Source: Octopus bimaculoides (taxonomy: Eukaryota). Taken from it: a DNA stretch of 64,000 nucleotides. The notes under the pieces were generated by a model. That model was not told where the DNA came from. It saw only the letters and a program-made list of their open reading frames with translations, and searched no databases. Location of the stretch: contig NC_069002.1 of the NCBI RefSeq assembly GCF_001194135.2, positions 23,000,951 through 23,064,950 on the forward strand. Direction: 5' to 3'. Below are positions 25,527 to 38,737 of the stretch, in pieces. Both the position numbers and the translations under genes were made by a program. The stretch's first letter is position 1, and each line of letters opens with the position of its first letter.

Positions 25527-25951
25527 TTAATTGTGGAGGGAACCTGTGGAAATGGTAGATCCAAGAAGACATGGGATGAAGTGATGAGAAAGGACCTTTG
25601 GATGCTGAGGCTCAGTGAGGAAATGACAAGGGACCGAGAATTGTGGCGTTTTGCTGTACTTGAGAAGATGTGCCAAACTAAGTAAAATCGCTGCCATCCA
25701 TAGATACAGGAATGTCTTTTACAGGTTCCAGTGCCAGATAAAATGCACTCATTCTTGTGCTGCATCAATGCACCCATGTCAGTGCAATGTAAAAAGCACC
25801 CAGCACATTCTATAAAGTGGTTGGCATCAAGAATGGCATCCAGCCCTAGAGACCATGCTGGTCAGCTTTTCAGTTGACCAGCTGTTGTCAAACCGTCCGA
25901 CCCATGCGAGCATGGAAAACAAACATTAAATAATACGATGATGATGATGAT
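25527..25951 (+). mobile_element. RTE-clade LINE 3' end with 3'UTR and (GAT)n tail
   Basis: 25527-25685 translates LIVEGTCGNGRSKKTWDEVMRKDLWMLRLSEEMTRDRELWRFAVLEKMCQTK*, the RTE C-terminal GRP.KTW...DR..WR pattern. Tail ccatgcgagcatggaaaac...(gat)n. Confidence 0.88.
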
Positions 25952-26279
25952 TCCTCACTCACCTATATTCCAACTTTGGTATAGTTTAAGGAGTTCAGTT
26001 CTTTGTCCATTCTTATTCGTTTTCTAAATTCTAAGAAACTTTTACCCACTTCACCCAGATTTTTATAAAATTCTTCATAATTCTTGTTATTCTTTATTTT
26101 ATTTTATCATTTATTCCCACTAATATTTTTATGATCATTTCAAGGATTTTTATTTATATAAGTGTAACACTGTGTTAGTGGGCAGTGTATATAGGCAGTG
26201 TATATAGGCAGTGTATGTTGTAATAAATTAGTATGATTGTGGTTGTGAGCACTTATGGATGGCAAATGGCTGTGAGTCT

Positions 26280-26660
26280 ACTTGTGAGCTATAAGTGTAG
26301 CTTGTAAGTGTAGTTACAACTGTAATTATAAATGTACTTGTAGTTTATAAGTGTACTTGTGGCTTGTAAGTGTGGCTGTAAGTGTACTTATAAGTATAGT
26401 TATGTCTTGTTAGTGTAGTTGTGAATGTACTTGTGGCTTGTAAGTATGGTTGTAAGTGTACTTGCAGATTATATGGCTATAAGTGTACTTGTGACTTGTA
26501 AGTGTAGTTATAAATGTATTTGTGGCTTGTAAGTGTGACTTTAAGTGTACTTGTAGATTCTGTGACTATAAGTGTACTTGTGACTTGTAAGTGTGGTTAT
26601 AAGTGTACTTGTAGGTAGTATGACTATAAGCATGCTTGTGACTTCTAAGTGTGGCTGCAA
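26280..26660. repeat. Degenerate minisatellite, ~31-bp unit (tataagtgtacttgtgacttgtaagtgtggt) with higher-order variants
   Basis: Recurrent taagtgtacttg / acttgtaagtg motifs over about 380 bp. Confidence 0.85.
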
Positions 26661-27175
26661 GTGTATTTCTGAAGTGTCAGTATATACTCCTATGTATTTG
26701 ATCAGTGCTTCCTTACTCCCAACATTTTTGCTGGTATTTAAGTCTATGTTTTACTCTTTATACCTTCTGGGACATTCTCCAACTTCATGTTTCAACCATT
26801 TACACACATTTTTTATTTTCAATTTTCATTGTGCTTTATCCTTTCAGATTTAATTCCCCCCACACCAACCCAATCCTAGCAGAACTTCTAATTCCCTGAC
26901 GATTTCACATTTACCTGTTTCCCTATTTCACTTTCATCCTTTAGCCATTAATCCTAATTCATGGTTCCAAGCATCCAATCACAGGTGTCTTTCTATGAAA
27001 TTAGAATCCATTAAGTTGCTCTATAAACCCTCTTCAGATAATTTTGTATTAAAGTTTGACATCACAACAAACAGCATTGCAACATCTAAATCACTTCCGA
27101 CGTTAAAAACAAATGAAGTAAAACTTGATATGCCATATACGTGTATATACACTATTATATGTAGATGAGCTATAA

Positions 27176-27235
<60 letters not shown>

Positions 27236-27244
27236 GTATGTATG

Positions 27245-27545
27245 TAAATATATATAATATATATAATGTATTATATAATATATATTATATATATTATATA
27301 ATATTTTGTATGTGTATTTCGTGTGCAAGATTCTTGATGTGGATACGTGTGTTGAAAGAAATACAATTAAACCAAGGTTTAATTGTATTATATAATATAT
27401 TATATATATAATATATAGTATATAATATATAATATATATTATATTGTATATAGAATATATTATATATATAATATATATTATATAGTATATATATATAATA
27501 TATATATTGTATAATAAATAATATACTATATATAAAAATATAACA
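27245..27545. repeat. Nearly pure A/T low-complexity tract
   Basis: atatataatatatattata... with few G or C bases apart from a ~70-bp interruption. Confidence 0.9.
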
Positions 27546-27554
27546 TATGATAGA

Positions 27555-27885
27555 TGGGTTTTTTTTACTTGTTTCATCTTGAAGGGTTTTAGTCAAACAA
27601 ATTGACCCCAGGACTTATTCTTTGTAAGCCCAGTACTCATGCTATTAGTCTCTTTTACTGAGCTGCTAAGTTACAGGGACATAAACACACCACCACTAGT
27701 TGTCAAGCTGTGGTGGGGACAAACACAGATACAGAGATACACACATCAATATATATACCTATATATACAATGGGTTTCTCTCAGTTTCTGTCTGCCAAAT
27801 CCACTCACAAGGCTTTGGTCAGCCCAAAAGGCTATGTAGCGGGACTGAACCCAGAACCATGTGGTCGGGAATCAAACTTCTTACC
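27555..27885 (-). mobile_element. Family-2 SINE copy
   Basis: Tail cttgtttc...gaccccaggacttattctttgtaagcccagtac...; head ctgaacccagaaccatgtgg. Confidence 0.85.
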
Positions 27886-27982
27886 GGATGACTTGTCCTT
27901 GTTTTTTCCTGTCCCTTTGTTGTATCATCTAACTGTCTGGATGTTTTGCATTCTTATCCCATTGTTTATATTCTTTTATATA

Positions 27983-28032
<50 letters not shown>

Positions 28033-28127
28033 CAAGTAGAGAATGGAGAAACAAACACAAGAAGAAGCAGGTCAATTGGGCTAGTTAGCTATTGATTTAA
28101 TTATGCGTTTGTATATATACATATGTG

Positions 28128-28157
<30 letters not shown>

Positions 28158-28158
<1 letters not shown>

Positions 28159-28350
28159 CATCATCATCATCATCATCGTTTAACGTCCGCTTTCCATGCT
28201 AGCATGGGTTGGACGATTTGACTGAGGACTGGTGAAACCGGATGGCAACACCAGGCTCCAATCTAAATTTGGCAGAGTTTCTACAGCTGGATGTCCTTCC
28301 TAATGCCAACCACTCAGAGAGTGTAGTAGGTGCTTTTACGTGTCACCTGC
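28158..28350 (-). mobile_element. RTE-type 3' tail element with (CAT)n on plus strand
   Basis: catcatcgtttaacgtccgctttccatgctagcatgggttggacg...ccttcctaatgccaaccactc...gtgcttttacgtg. Confidence 0.85.
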
Positions 28351-28599
28351 ATGAGTGTGTGTATATGTGTATATCATCAGCATTGTTTTATGATTGTTTT
28401 CCATGCTGGCATGGGTTAGATGGGTCATTGCAGGGTAGACTTATATGCATGGACAACTGCTGCTCTTCTACATAAAACATTGCACAGATGTGTGCCTTGG
28501 AGGGGAACGTTCTGGGTGCAATCCCATGGTCATTCGTGATCAAAAGAGGTCTTTACTCTTATCCTTTACCCTATATATATATTTCTTTATTTTTTTTAT

Positions 28600-28827
28600 T
28601 CCTTCACTGGTTTCAGTCATTTGACTGCAGCCATGCTGGAGCACCGCCTTTAGTCGAATGAATCAATCCTCAGGACGTATTCTTTGTAAGACTAGTGCTT
28701 ATTCTATCGGTCTCTTTTGCCAAACCACTAAGTTATGGGGTCATAAACACACCAACATCGATTGTCAAACATGGTGGGGGGACAAACATAGAGGACAAAT
28801 ATAGACACACAAACATATACATCTATG

Positions 28828-28863
<36 letters not shown>

Positions 28864-29115
28864 NNNNNNNNNNNNNNNNNNNNNNNNNNNNNNNNNNNNN
28901 NNNNNNNNNNNNNNNNNNNNNNNNNNATATACATACATACATACATACACACACAACAGGCTTCTTTCAGTTTCCGTTCACCAAATCCATTCAGAAGGCT
29001 TTGGTTGGCCCGAAGCTGTACTAGAAGATACTTGCTCAAGGTGTCACACAGTGGGACTGAACCTGGAACCATGAGGTTGGGAAGCAAGCTTCTTACCACA
29101 TAGCCACACCTGCGC
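28600..29115 (-). mobile_element. Full-length family-2 SINE with internal (TA)n/(TACA)n microsatellite and gap
   Basis: Tail at 28600-28790, microsatellite plus N gap at about 28820-28955, head at 28960-29115. Confidence 0.9.
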
Positions 29116-29917
29116 CTATATATATATATATGCCTATCTCTTTGTGTGTATTACTTCTGTTGTTATTTGTTTCTTCTCCCTTACCCCATTAATACCTGTT
29201 TATCTGTATATTTGTTTGTCCATCCGTTGCTACTTCTTTCTCTTTGTCATTTGCCATAACACGAGTGGACCACCCCACCATGCCTCCACATCTGGCTGTC
29301 AATACATATACACCCACTGCCTATCACACATGCAAACCCTCCTACACTCATTCTACATCACATGATTACGTCCTGCATACCTGTGCATAAACTCTCTCAA
29401 ACACATCCAGACGTACACTTTCGAGCATTCACACAAACACACTGACATATGTATACGCATGCACACAAACACACACACACAAACACACTGATATATGTAT
29501 GCACATGCACACACACTTGGACACAAACGCACTGACAATATGTATGCGCATGCACACAAACACACGAATGTGCTTGTAGGCAAACAAATACTACATATAT
29601 ACATACTTAAGCAGGTGTACAAACAGCCACAAGCATACAATATAAAAATTATACACGCACACATTTATCTATACACTGACATACCCATGTATGTGTGTGC
29701 ACACTAGCACACACACGCACACACACTCACTCTTTCAGTACATGTCTCGTGCTAGCAAGTAGTCCAAAAGTACCCACAACCTTACATCTTGTGTATATCT
29801 GTTTGTCTATTTGTGTTTGGACATATATATATGTGTGTGTGTGTGTCTGTGTACCTGCTTCTTGACTGAAGATTGAAAGCTCCGAATGTCCTGTCCTGTC
29901 CTTTTTTTGTATCTCCT

Positions 29918-29978
<61 letters not shown>

Positions 29979-30059
29979 CCACACACATACACATATATAT
30001 ATGCATATGTGTGTATATATATATATATATATACATATGTATATGCATATGTATGTATA

Positions 30060-30111
<52 letters not shown>

Positions 30112-30316
30112 GACACAGAAACATGTATATACGTATTCATAAATATGCACCCAGAGGCATATAAATATATACCTGTCTGTATACATTTATACACACAAAC
30201 ACACACACCCACACCCATACATGCATACCCTAGCACAAATATAAGCATGTGACACAAGAAAAATTTATATATTAATATAATCAACACAATTTTCTACATG
30301 CATTAATCACATATAA

Positions 30317-30349
<33 letters not shown>

Positions 30350-30654
30350 TATATATATACAACATTTAAACACCCACAAATCTACACACACATACACTTA
30401 TCCATGTGCAATCATACACATCAGTATGTGCACATACATATAAGTATGTATACATGCTTACAATCATCTCATGTATGTTTATCTCAGTGTAAATATGACT
30501 TCACTACTTCTGTGTGCGCACTCATTAGTGCCAGGTGATGATGTATAAAAGTGCATTTAAATGTGTGTGAATATATGTGTGTATATGTATGTGAATATAC
30601 TTTGTAAAAATGAATGCCTGTGTGTGTGTATATATGCGTAGAATTATAGATGTA

Positions 30655-30688
<34 letters not shown>

Positions 30689-30825
30689 CGCATGTAACAA
30701 ATGTATGAGTATGTATATTTGTGGGTATGTGTATGTGTAGGCATGTATATGAGTATGTACGTGAGTGCATATATGTGTATGTCTGTGTGGGTGGGTGTAT
30801 ATATGTGGTTCTGTGTGTATGAGTT

Positions 30826-30885
<60 letters not shown>

Positions 30886-31338
30886 TTTATGTATGGCTCT
30901 ATGTATGTGTGATTGCGTGTATGTGTATGATTGGACACACACACATACACACGCAATACACATATGTAGGTATGCATTCATAAACATCTACATATATATG
31001 CAAATGAGGGTGGTGCTCCAGCATGGTCGTCAAGATTTTTATTGTCAAAACTATTTAAGAACAGAAAATGCACCTATAGCAATATATGTCAATTCTCACG
31101 CATTCATACACTCCCACACACATAGATGCACTCCTACACACATAGACACACACTCCCACACATGCAGACACACACATGTACATATTTCTATATGAACATA
31201 GAATTACCGATACAGACACATACCCATACACACAATCACACATTTATCTTACATACAGCTACACATACCTATACACACACCGGAAAATACACGTACACAC
31301 ATATACACACATTTATATATCCGCACATATGCTCACCA

Positions 31339-31397
<59 letters not shown>

Positions 31398-31407
31398 NNN
31401 NNNNNNN

Positions 31408-31448
<41 letters not shown>

Positions 31449-31708
31449 CCTTACATATGCTTACGCCCACACATTTTAATACATTTCCATACACATATGC
31501 TCATATTAAAATTATGATCCACCCTTACAATGACAAACACTACTTCAGCTCATACACATGCACACACACATGTGATGAACACACTCATACGCGCACATAT
31601 ATATGTATTCATAAATATTGTAACTTATACGTTCACATATCTAAATGAATACATACACACACATAGAGAGATGAAGATGTATATATCATATATATACATA
31701 CACACACG

Positions 31709-31745
<37 letters not shown>

Positions 31746-31835
31746 GCATTTTGGTATGTAATCACCCACAAATGATTACACATATACAGACATACATATA
31801 CTCATCTATCTGTCTGTCTGTCTGTCTGTCTGACT

Positions 31836-31869
<34 letters not shown>

Positions 31870-32212
31870 CTGTCCGTCTGTCCGTATGTCTGTATGTCTG
31901 TTTGTCTGTCTGTCTGCCTATTTATCTATCTATCTATCTTTCTGTCTGTCTGTCTATCATTCTATCTATCTCTTCCTATCAGTCTAACTGTCTGTCTCTC
32001 ACTCTCACTCCCCCTTCTCTCTCTCTCTGTCTGTCTCTCTCTCTATTTATCAAGATATATAGCTGAGCACATACATACACTCATGCACACAAATGCATTC
32101 ATAGAAATTTACTTACACACATACACAAAAAATAAAATGTACTTTTACATATAATTATGCCCCACAAATGAGTACACACATGCACTCCCCTCCTTATATT
32201 TATATGTGTGTG

Positions 32213-32257
<45 letters not shown>

Positions 32258-32279
32258 ATAGCCAATCCATGTAAAAGGC

Positions 32280-32409
32280 ACCCATGCCCACTCAGTAAGG
32301 TGGTTGGCTTTAGGAAGGGCATGCAGCTATAGAAACCAAGCTAAATCAGACTGGAACCTGTCTTGGTAGCTCTAGTCAGACCTTCCAACCCATGCCAGCA
32401 TGGAAAACA

Positions 32410-32450
<41 letters not shown>
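32280..32450 (+). mobile_element. RTE-type 3' tail element with long (GAT)n
   Basis: ggttggctttaggaagggcatgcagctatagaaacc...aacccatgccagcatggaaaacagatgatgat. Confidence 0.8.
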
Positions 32451-32451
<1 letters not shown>

Positions 32452-33877
32452 ACACCCCCCCCCCCCNNNNNNNNNNNNNNNNNNNNNNNNNNNNNNNNNN
32501 NNNNCACACACACATTGTCACTACCGAACAGATAAATACATATGGCACACACACACACACACACACACATTTGTATGCAGCTGGTTATTTAAAGCTTGAC
32601 TCTCTAAATCCTACATAATGTCAGACATTTAACATGAAGTATTATAAATCATTATGCTGTAAAATTATATTCTTCAATATCATCTCTTTATTTTGTAACT
32701 GTATTGCTATTGTTGTTGTTGCATCATATTCCTCTTACCGTTATGTAATGTTATCACATGATACCACATTGCATTGCAACATTATCAAACCATACTTCAG
32801 TAGACTACAACATTATCACACCTACAACACTATTCTGCAACATTATTTTCACCACCACCACCACCACCACCGCCGCCGCCGCCACCGCCACCACCACCGC
32901 CACCATCATCATTTGTGCTTTATTATCAGATCAACAGTGAAATCTCCCTCAAGCTAACACTCCATCATCTTAGATAAATACAAATTAGATAATCTTGTTT
33001 AGAATAAATTAATCCAGACAACCAGATGGTCTGATCTTTGATCAGAAGTCAGTCTGCATCTGGTCTCACCTGGGGCTAAACAACAACAACAACAACAACA
33101 ACAGCACCGTTACTTATACATTGTACATTCATACACTATACATGTCTATAGTTTGAATTCATTGTTTAAGCGTATTGAGTAGATGATCCTTGACCTGACC
33201 GAAATAACAGCTAAATCTCCTTCATAGTACACCCTACCTTTTGGCTAATATGATCCAAGGTACTATAAGACAAAAAAAATGGAAAGAAATATCAATCAAA
33301 AAGGAAAATGATTCGACGGTCACAACTGGAATGCCTTCTGATCATAACTGCTTCATCAGAGTTGCTCTGTAGCTAAACAACATCAACTTTAGTTCAATAA
33401 CCAACTCCACTACAACCCTAGCTTCCTCTACACAGCACTATTGCACCTCACTATACTGCATTGCCCTATACATATAGACACTATAGCTGCCCTGTACTAT
33501 TACCGTACTATATATCATACGTATATACCTCTATTGTGACCCTGTCCTATTAATATCCTATAGCGTAGTCTTCTTAGTATACATCACTACCACATTCTCT
33601 CCTCCACTGTCCCACAATAGCATTAACACGCTATACTACATTATGCCCTAACCCTATGGTATTTCTGCTACATGTTGGTCCAATGCATGCATATGCATGC
33701 ACATGTTGCACTATTTTGTATGTTTGTCATTTGTACTAATTCACACCATTTTTAATTACTCTGCGATATTTCCACCGAGCAGCCAACCATACAACTTTGT
33801 ACAATTACGCGACTACATACAACAACATAATATTGATTTTTCTGTGACACCATTACCATTTAGTTTATAGAATCTAA

Positions 33878-33915
<38 letters not shown>

Positions 33916-34064
33916 TGATGATAAAAATAAAAATTAAATAAAGACAATATTAAGTATTATTGAACTAATGATGGCTCACTTAATGTTCCAGACCATTTTC
34001 GTTATAGAATTGGTTTTTATGGTTATTTCCAGTGACTTCAGTCAAAATGATTGTTGCTTTAGAG

Positions 34065-34327
34065 CAGTGATTCTTGACCCTTTTTTTCTTTTTTTATACC
34101 TATGGACCCTTTTGGTTCCTATTTAACTCTACTGGGCCCTCATAACCATTTGGTCTTTAAAAAATTCTATCATGTTTTTAGAATTAAATATTATTAAGAA
34201 TTGTATTAAAGAAATGTTAAGATAGTTTGTGTTGTAGAAATATAACCACTTTATTGCTCCTAAATTTTAACAACAAAATCTTATGTGAACCCTTAAGGGT
34301 CACATGGACTCCTGTTGAGAACTTCTG
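34065..34327. mobile_element. hAT (Charlie-type) MITE with 8-bp TSD
   Basis: Degenerate TIRs cagtgattcttgacc / tgttgagaacttctg; perfect TSD ctttagag at 34057-34064 and 34328-34335. Confidence 0.88.
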
Positions 34328-34458
34328 CTTTAGAGAATGAAGAGTCGAACCTGAGATTAGAACCTAAAACTAGGTGGAATGATACTAAATATTGTTATGT
34401 ATGTTTCCTATGGTTCTCAGCTGTTTTCTTCTCTGATGATCTGAGCAATATGTGTTAA

Positions 34459-34684
34459 CCCATTAGCATTTAAACTTGCCACATCTGGCCCAACTGTTCT
34501 TCTTGCTCCGTGTTCAAACCAGCCAGATCCAGCTCCAGCCTTTCACACCTGTCCTACAATGTCATTCTTAAAATGAATAATCTCGTCATGAAAATCTCAA
34601 AGCTACGAGATAATGCATGATTAATCCAAAGCAATGGGGATAAAAAGACATTACATTTGAGAGGATAATCTGAATGTTAATGAG
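34459..34684. mobile_element. piggyBac-type MITE with TTAA TSD
   Basis: TTAA|cccattagcatttaaa ... tctgaatgttaatgag|TTAA; an inverted second copy lies at about 59414-59595. Confidence 0.8.
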
Positions 34685-35823
34685 TTAAGTAGTTGTGCAT
34701 CACAAATCGACATACTTCAAGAAATATCTTTTAACTCAGCTTTGTTGCAAATAGATTGTCGATCACACACATACATATAATAGTGTTTTGCAATAAACCT
34801 AATTCACTGTATTTTTTAAATTTTAAGCTATTTACAAATTTTTTTTTAGATTTCTATATTTCAAATATCAGAGATGACAGTTCTGGGGAAACTTATTCAC
34901 AAATTCAAATTTTTTTCAAATATGTAAATTCTCAGTGCTACTTTAAACCTTGTGCCATAATCTTAAACTCTTAACACCAACCTTAAACCCCAATCCTAAA
35001 CTCTATCCCCACTAAACACAGCTGTAGTTCAAGTATTTTCCATAGAGTTGCAATCACTTATGTTTAATACATCAAACGCAGAAGAATATTTTAGCAAAAT
35101 ATATAAAAAACTGGAACAATTTCTGCGTGTTATGTTTTTTGAAAATGAGAGTGTGTTGACTGGTAACAAAAAGAAAAAAGAAAATGAAATTTTAAGACTT
35201 ATTTTCAGAATCTTTGAGAAAATTTCCCCAAAGAATAGGAAAAAAAAAAGGAAATTAACCAGATTGGTGGGGTAAGGAAACCATATTTTAGAACTCTGCC
35301 AATATACATTATTTAATGTGTGTATACATTTTATGAAATATATATCATTAGGAGCAAGTTTGGCTGTGTGGCAAGAAGCNNNNNNNNNNNNNNNNNNNNN
35401 NNNNNNNNNNNNNNNNNNNNNNNNNNNNNNNNNNNNNNNNNNNNNNNNNNNNNNNNNNNNNNNNNNNNNNNNNNNNNNNNNNNNNNNNNNNNNNNNNNNN
35501 NNNNNNNNNNNNNNNNNNNNNNNNNNNNNNNNNNNNNNNNNNNNNNNNNNNNNNNNNNNNNNNNNNNNNNNNNNNNNNNNNNNNNNNNNNNNNNNNNNNN
35601 NNNNNNNNNNNNNNNNNNNNNNNNNNNNNNNNNNNNNNNNNNNNNNNNNNNNNNNNNNNNNNNNNNNNNNNNNNNNNNNNNNNNNNNNNNNNNNNNNNNN
35701 NNNNNNNNNNNNNNNNNNNNNNNNNNNNNNNNNNNNNNNNNNNNNNNNNNNNNNNNNNNNNNNNNNNNNNNNNNNNNNNNNNNNNNNNNNNNNNNNNNNN
35801 NNNNNNNNNNNNNNNNNNNNGTG

Positions 35824-35859
<36 letters not shown>

Positions 35860-35860
<1 letters not shown>

Positions 35861-36045
35861 GGTCTTTGTCCCTCACCACTGCGTGAAAACCAGTGTTGGT
35901 GTGTTTAATGGTTTGGCGAAACAAACCAATAGAATAAGGACCAATCTTTAAAAAGAAGTAACCTCTGAAGCTAATTCATGTGAGTTAAAGTTCCTCAGGG
36001 TGATGCCCCAGCATGGCCACAGTCTAATGACTGAAAAAGGTAAAT
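35860..36045 (+). mobile_element. Family-2 SINE 3' half
   Basis: tttgtccctcaccactgcgtg...gttggtgtgttt...atagaataagg...ccccagcatggccacagtctaatgactgaaaaaggtaaa, directly after (GT)n and a gap. Confidence 0.75.
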
Positions 36046-36051
36046 ATATAT

Positions 36052-36859
36052 GGTCATGTGTTATGAATAGATGAAGACAGCTGTGTGAAAAAGTGTTGCA
36101 CCCTAGCAGTTGAGGGAGCCTGTGGAAGAGGTAGGCCCAGGTAGACCTGGGATGAGGTGGTAAACCTTTGAACATTGGGCCTCACCGAGGCAATGACAAG
36201 TGACCGAGACCTATGGAGGTATGCTGTGATTGAGAAGACCTGGCAAGCCAAGTGAGACCATAACCATAGCTTATGCCAGTGCTGCATAACCAGCCCATTT
36301 AAGAGTACCCTTCAATCATTGGATAATAAACTACACTTACGAAGATCTGTTGAGGCAAGAAAAATTGTTGTTGTGGCCAATGACAGTACTGCCTTACTGG
36401 CATCCATGCCAGTGGAACGTTAAAAGCACTATTCAAGTATGATCATTGCCAGGGCCACTGGCTGGCTCCTGTGCCAGTGGCACATAAAAACCACCATTTA
36501 AATGTGATTGTTGCTAGCGTCACCTGACTGGCTCCTGTACTGGTGGCACATAAAAAGCACCATTGAAGCGTGGTCGTTGCCAGTGCTTTTGGACTGACTC
36601 CTGTGCAGGTGGCACGTATAAAGCACCATTTGAGTATGGTCATTTCCAGAACTGCCTGACTGGCCCTTGTGCCGGTGGCACATAAAAGCATCCACTACAC
36701 TCTCGGAGAGGTTGGTGTTAGGAAGGGTATCCAGTTGTAGAAACTTTGTCAGATCAGAATGGAACCTGGTGCAGCTCTCTGACTCGCTTGCCCTCAGTCA
36801 AACCGTCCAACCCATGCCAGCATGGAAAGCAGACGTTAAACAATGATGATGATGATGAT
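36052..36859 (+). mobile_element. 5'-truncated RTE LINE with 66-bp tandem repeats in the 3'UTR and a (GAT)n tail
   Basis: 36052-36255 translates GHVL*IDEDSCVKKCCTLAVEGACGRGRPR*TWDEVVNL*TLGLTEAMTSDRDLWRYAVIEKTWQAK*. Repeat units start at 36470, 36536, 36602 and 36668. Confidence 0.9.
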
Positions 36860-36935
36860 TTCATGAACAGGAATGTTTTTGTGGTTAAGAATGTCACTTT
36901 GTAATCGAATGGTTTTTCAATACAATCTTTTAAAA

Positions 36936-37212
36936 CAGTGGTTCCCAAACTTTTGTGGGCTGCTGCCCCCTTGACATTCAGGCCACTTTCCTAATGCCCA
37001 CACCCCAACCAACCATCACAAATATAGACCTATTTCTGAAGCAAATTCAAAGTAACTGTATTTCACAAATAAAACTTAACATATTGAACCCATTATTTTG
37101 TTGTTTTTACATGAATCACCACCCCATTATCGTCCCACTTTTCTTCAATGCCCCCTAGAAACTTTCCACCACCCCCAGGAGGGGGCAATACCGCCCACCT
37201 TGGGAACCACTG
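36936..37212. mobile_element. hAT (Charlie/Buster-type) MITE
   Basis: Perfect 13-bp TIR cagtggttcccaa / ttgggaaccactg; TSD ttttaaaa / ttttaaag (7 of 8 match). Confidence 0.92.
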
Positions 37213-37745
37213 TTTTAAAGCATTTCGTTAACTTATGAAGCAGATATTATTGAAAATAAGACATTTGGGTACTTTTTTTGTTTTCTGGCCCCCATGGAAA
37301 TCGAAGCGTTTACTTTCTCAAAAGTAGTGGGATTCCAGGTGACATTTCGGCATGAAAGTAAAATGGCAAGCGACAGAGTGTTGGCTAAATACTCTAACAC
37401 ATCCAGTTTGATATTGTTGTTATTGAAGTTGGATCCACCAAATATTTTAATTAAATTCCTAATTAACACAAGCAAAGTGTAGTTATTAACTAATCGGGCA
37501 TATCAAATGTTAATAGAAGAGAGTTTGAAAGATTAACAATAAATACACAAGACATAATTACTTTTCTGCAAAATTATGGTCTTCTTTGTTGTGATGGAAT
37601 TTGGTCCTAGTTGTGGTGAGGATGTAGACCCCAATGAAAACTGCATCATGCCGCTGGAGGTCTGATGAGGTGTACCAAAAGCATTTCTATCAAATGTGTT
37701 TTTCTCCAAGGAAAACTATCTTTTGTACGAGTCATTGAGGAAATG

Positions 37746-37962
37746 TTATTCTTTTCTAGTCTCGGCACAAGGCCCAAAATTTTTGGGGAGGGAGTCAGTC
37801 GATTAGATCGACCCCAGTATGCAAATGGTACTTAATTTATGAACCCTGAAAGAATGGAAGGCAAAGTCAACCTCGGCAGAATTTGAACTCAGAACGTAAA
37901 GACAGACAAAATACCACTAAGCATTTCATCCGGCGTGCTAATGTTTCTGGCTGCTTGCCACC
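37746..37962 (-). mobile_element. Family-1 SINE copy (little diverged)
   Basis: cttttctagtctcggcacaaggccc...gtcgattagatcgaccccagtatgc...ggcaaagtcaacctcggcagaatttgaactcagaacg. Confidence 0.92.
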
Positions 37963-38690
37963 TTATACTAGGTAAATGTTAAAGACCATCAAAACACTTT
38001 TGTTTTATCCTGCTTTCAAACTGCTTTCATTTTTTTATGCAACGGATAAGAATTTTTATCTTTTGGTTTGGAAATTGCCTACTTCTGACAAAACCATTAT
38101 TTTCACTTTAATGGAAATGAAGTAAAGCGTTTCTTGTTTAAAAATCAAAGCTATTTCAAAAAGTGACAAAGAAGCCCCACTGTAACCACCTTGGGTTTTT
38201 TCTTCTATAGCCCATGACCAACTAGTGCCATGTAAGAGAATTTGGTGTAAGGAAACTGCTAGAAGCCCATTATATATGCAAATGTATGTGAGCGTGTGTG
38301 TGTGCATGTGTGTGGAAATGTTTATATTCGACACTTGTCTTCTGTTGAGTGACATAGGACTGATGTTTATGTTTGTTCCTTTTTGGCATTCTGGTCAGTC
38401 ACTGGGCACTTTCAGAAACCTGTTGAGTTAAGAAATCCTTTCCTGTGAAACAGGTGAGGGCTAGCAACAGGAAGAGCACCCAACCATAAACTCCTGCCTG
38501 AAATTAGTCTCTCTCTAAACCTATACTTGCATGGGAAAATGGACTTTAAATGCATGAATGAACAAATGAGTATCATATCTATTATGTTGGAATTCCCATT
38601 ACAATAAACTAGGTTCCCTGTTAATAGATTAGTTCTTACAACATTTAGCAGTCAGCTGGAAATCAGATCAGTATAAGGAAAGAAAATAAT

Positions 38691-38737
<47 letters not shown>

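Noticed and set aside
33696-33850. ~50-aa ORF with hydrophobic N-terminus (MHMLHYFVCLSFVLIHTIF...)
   Set aside because: Short, starts in an ATGC repeat, and has no cleavage sites or homology I can recognise.
37233-37690. 80-aa minus-strand ORF and a neighbouring open frame (FGTPHQTSSGMMQF...), plus a ctgatgaggtgtacc hammerhead-like start
   Set aside because: No recognisable domain and weak splice sites; the hammerhead-like motif lacks GAAA and a matching stem I.
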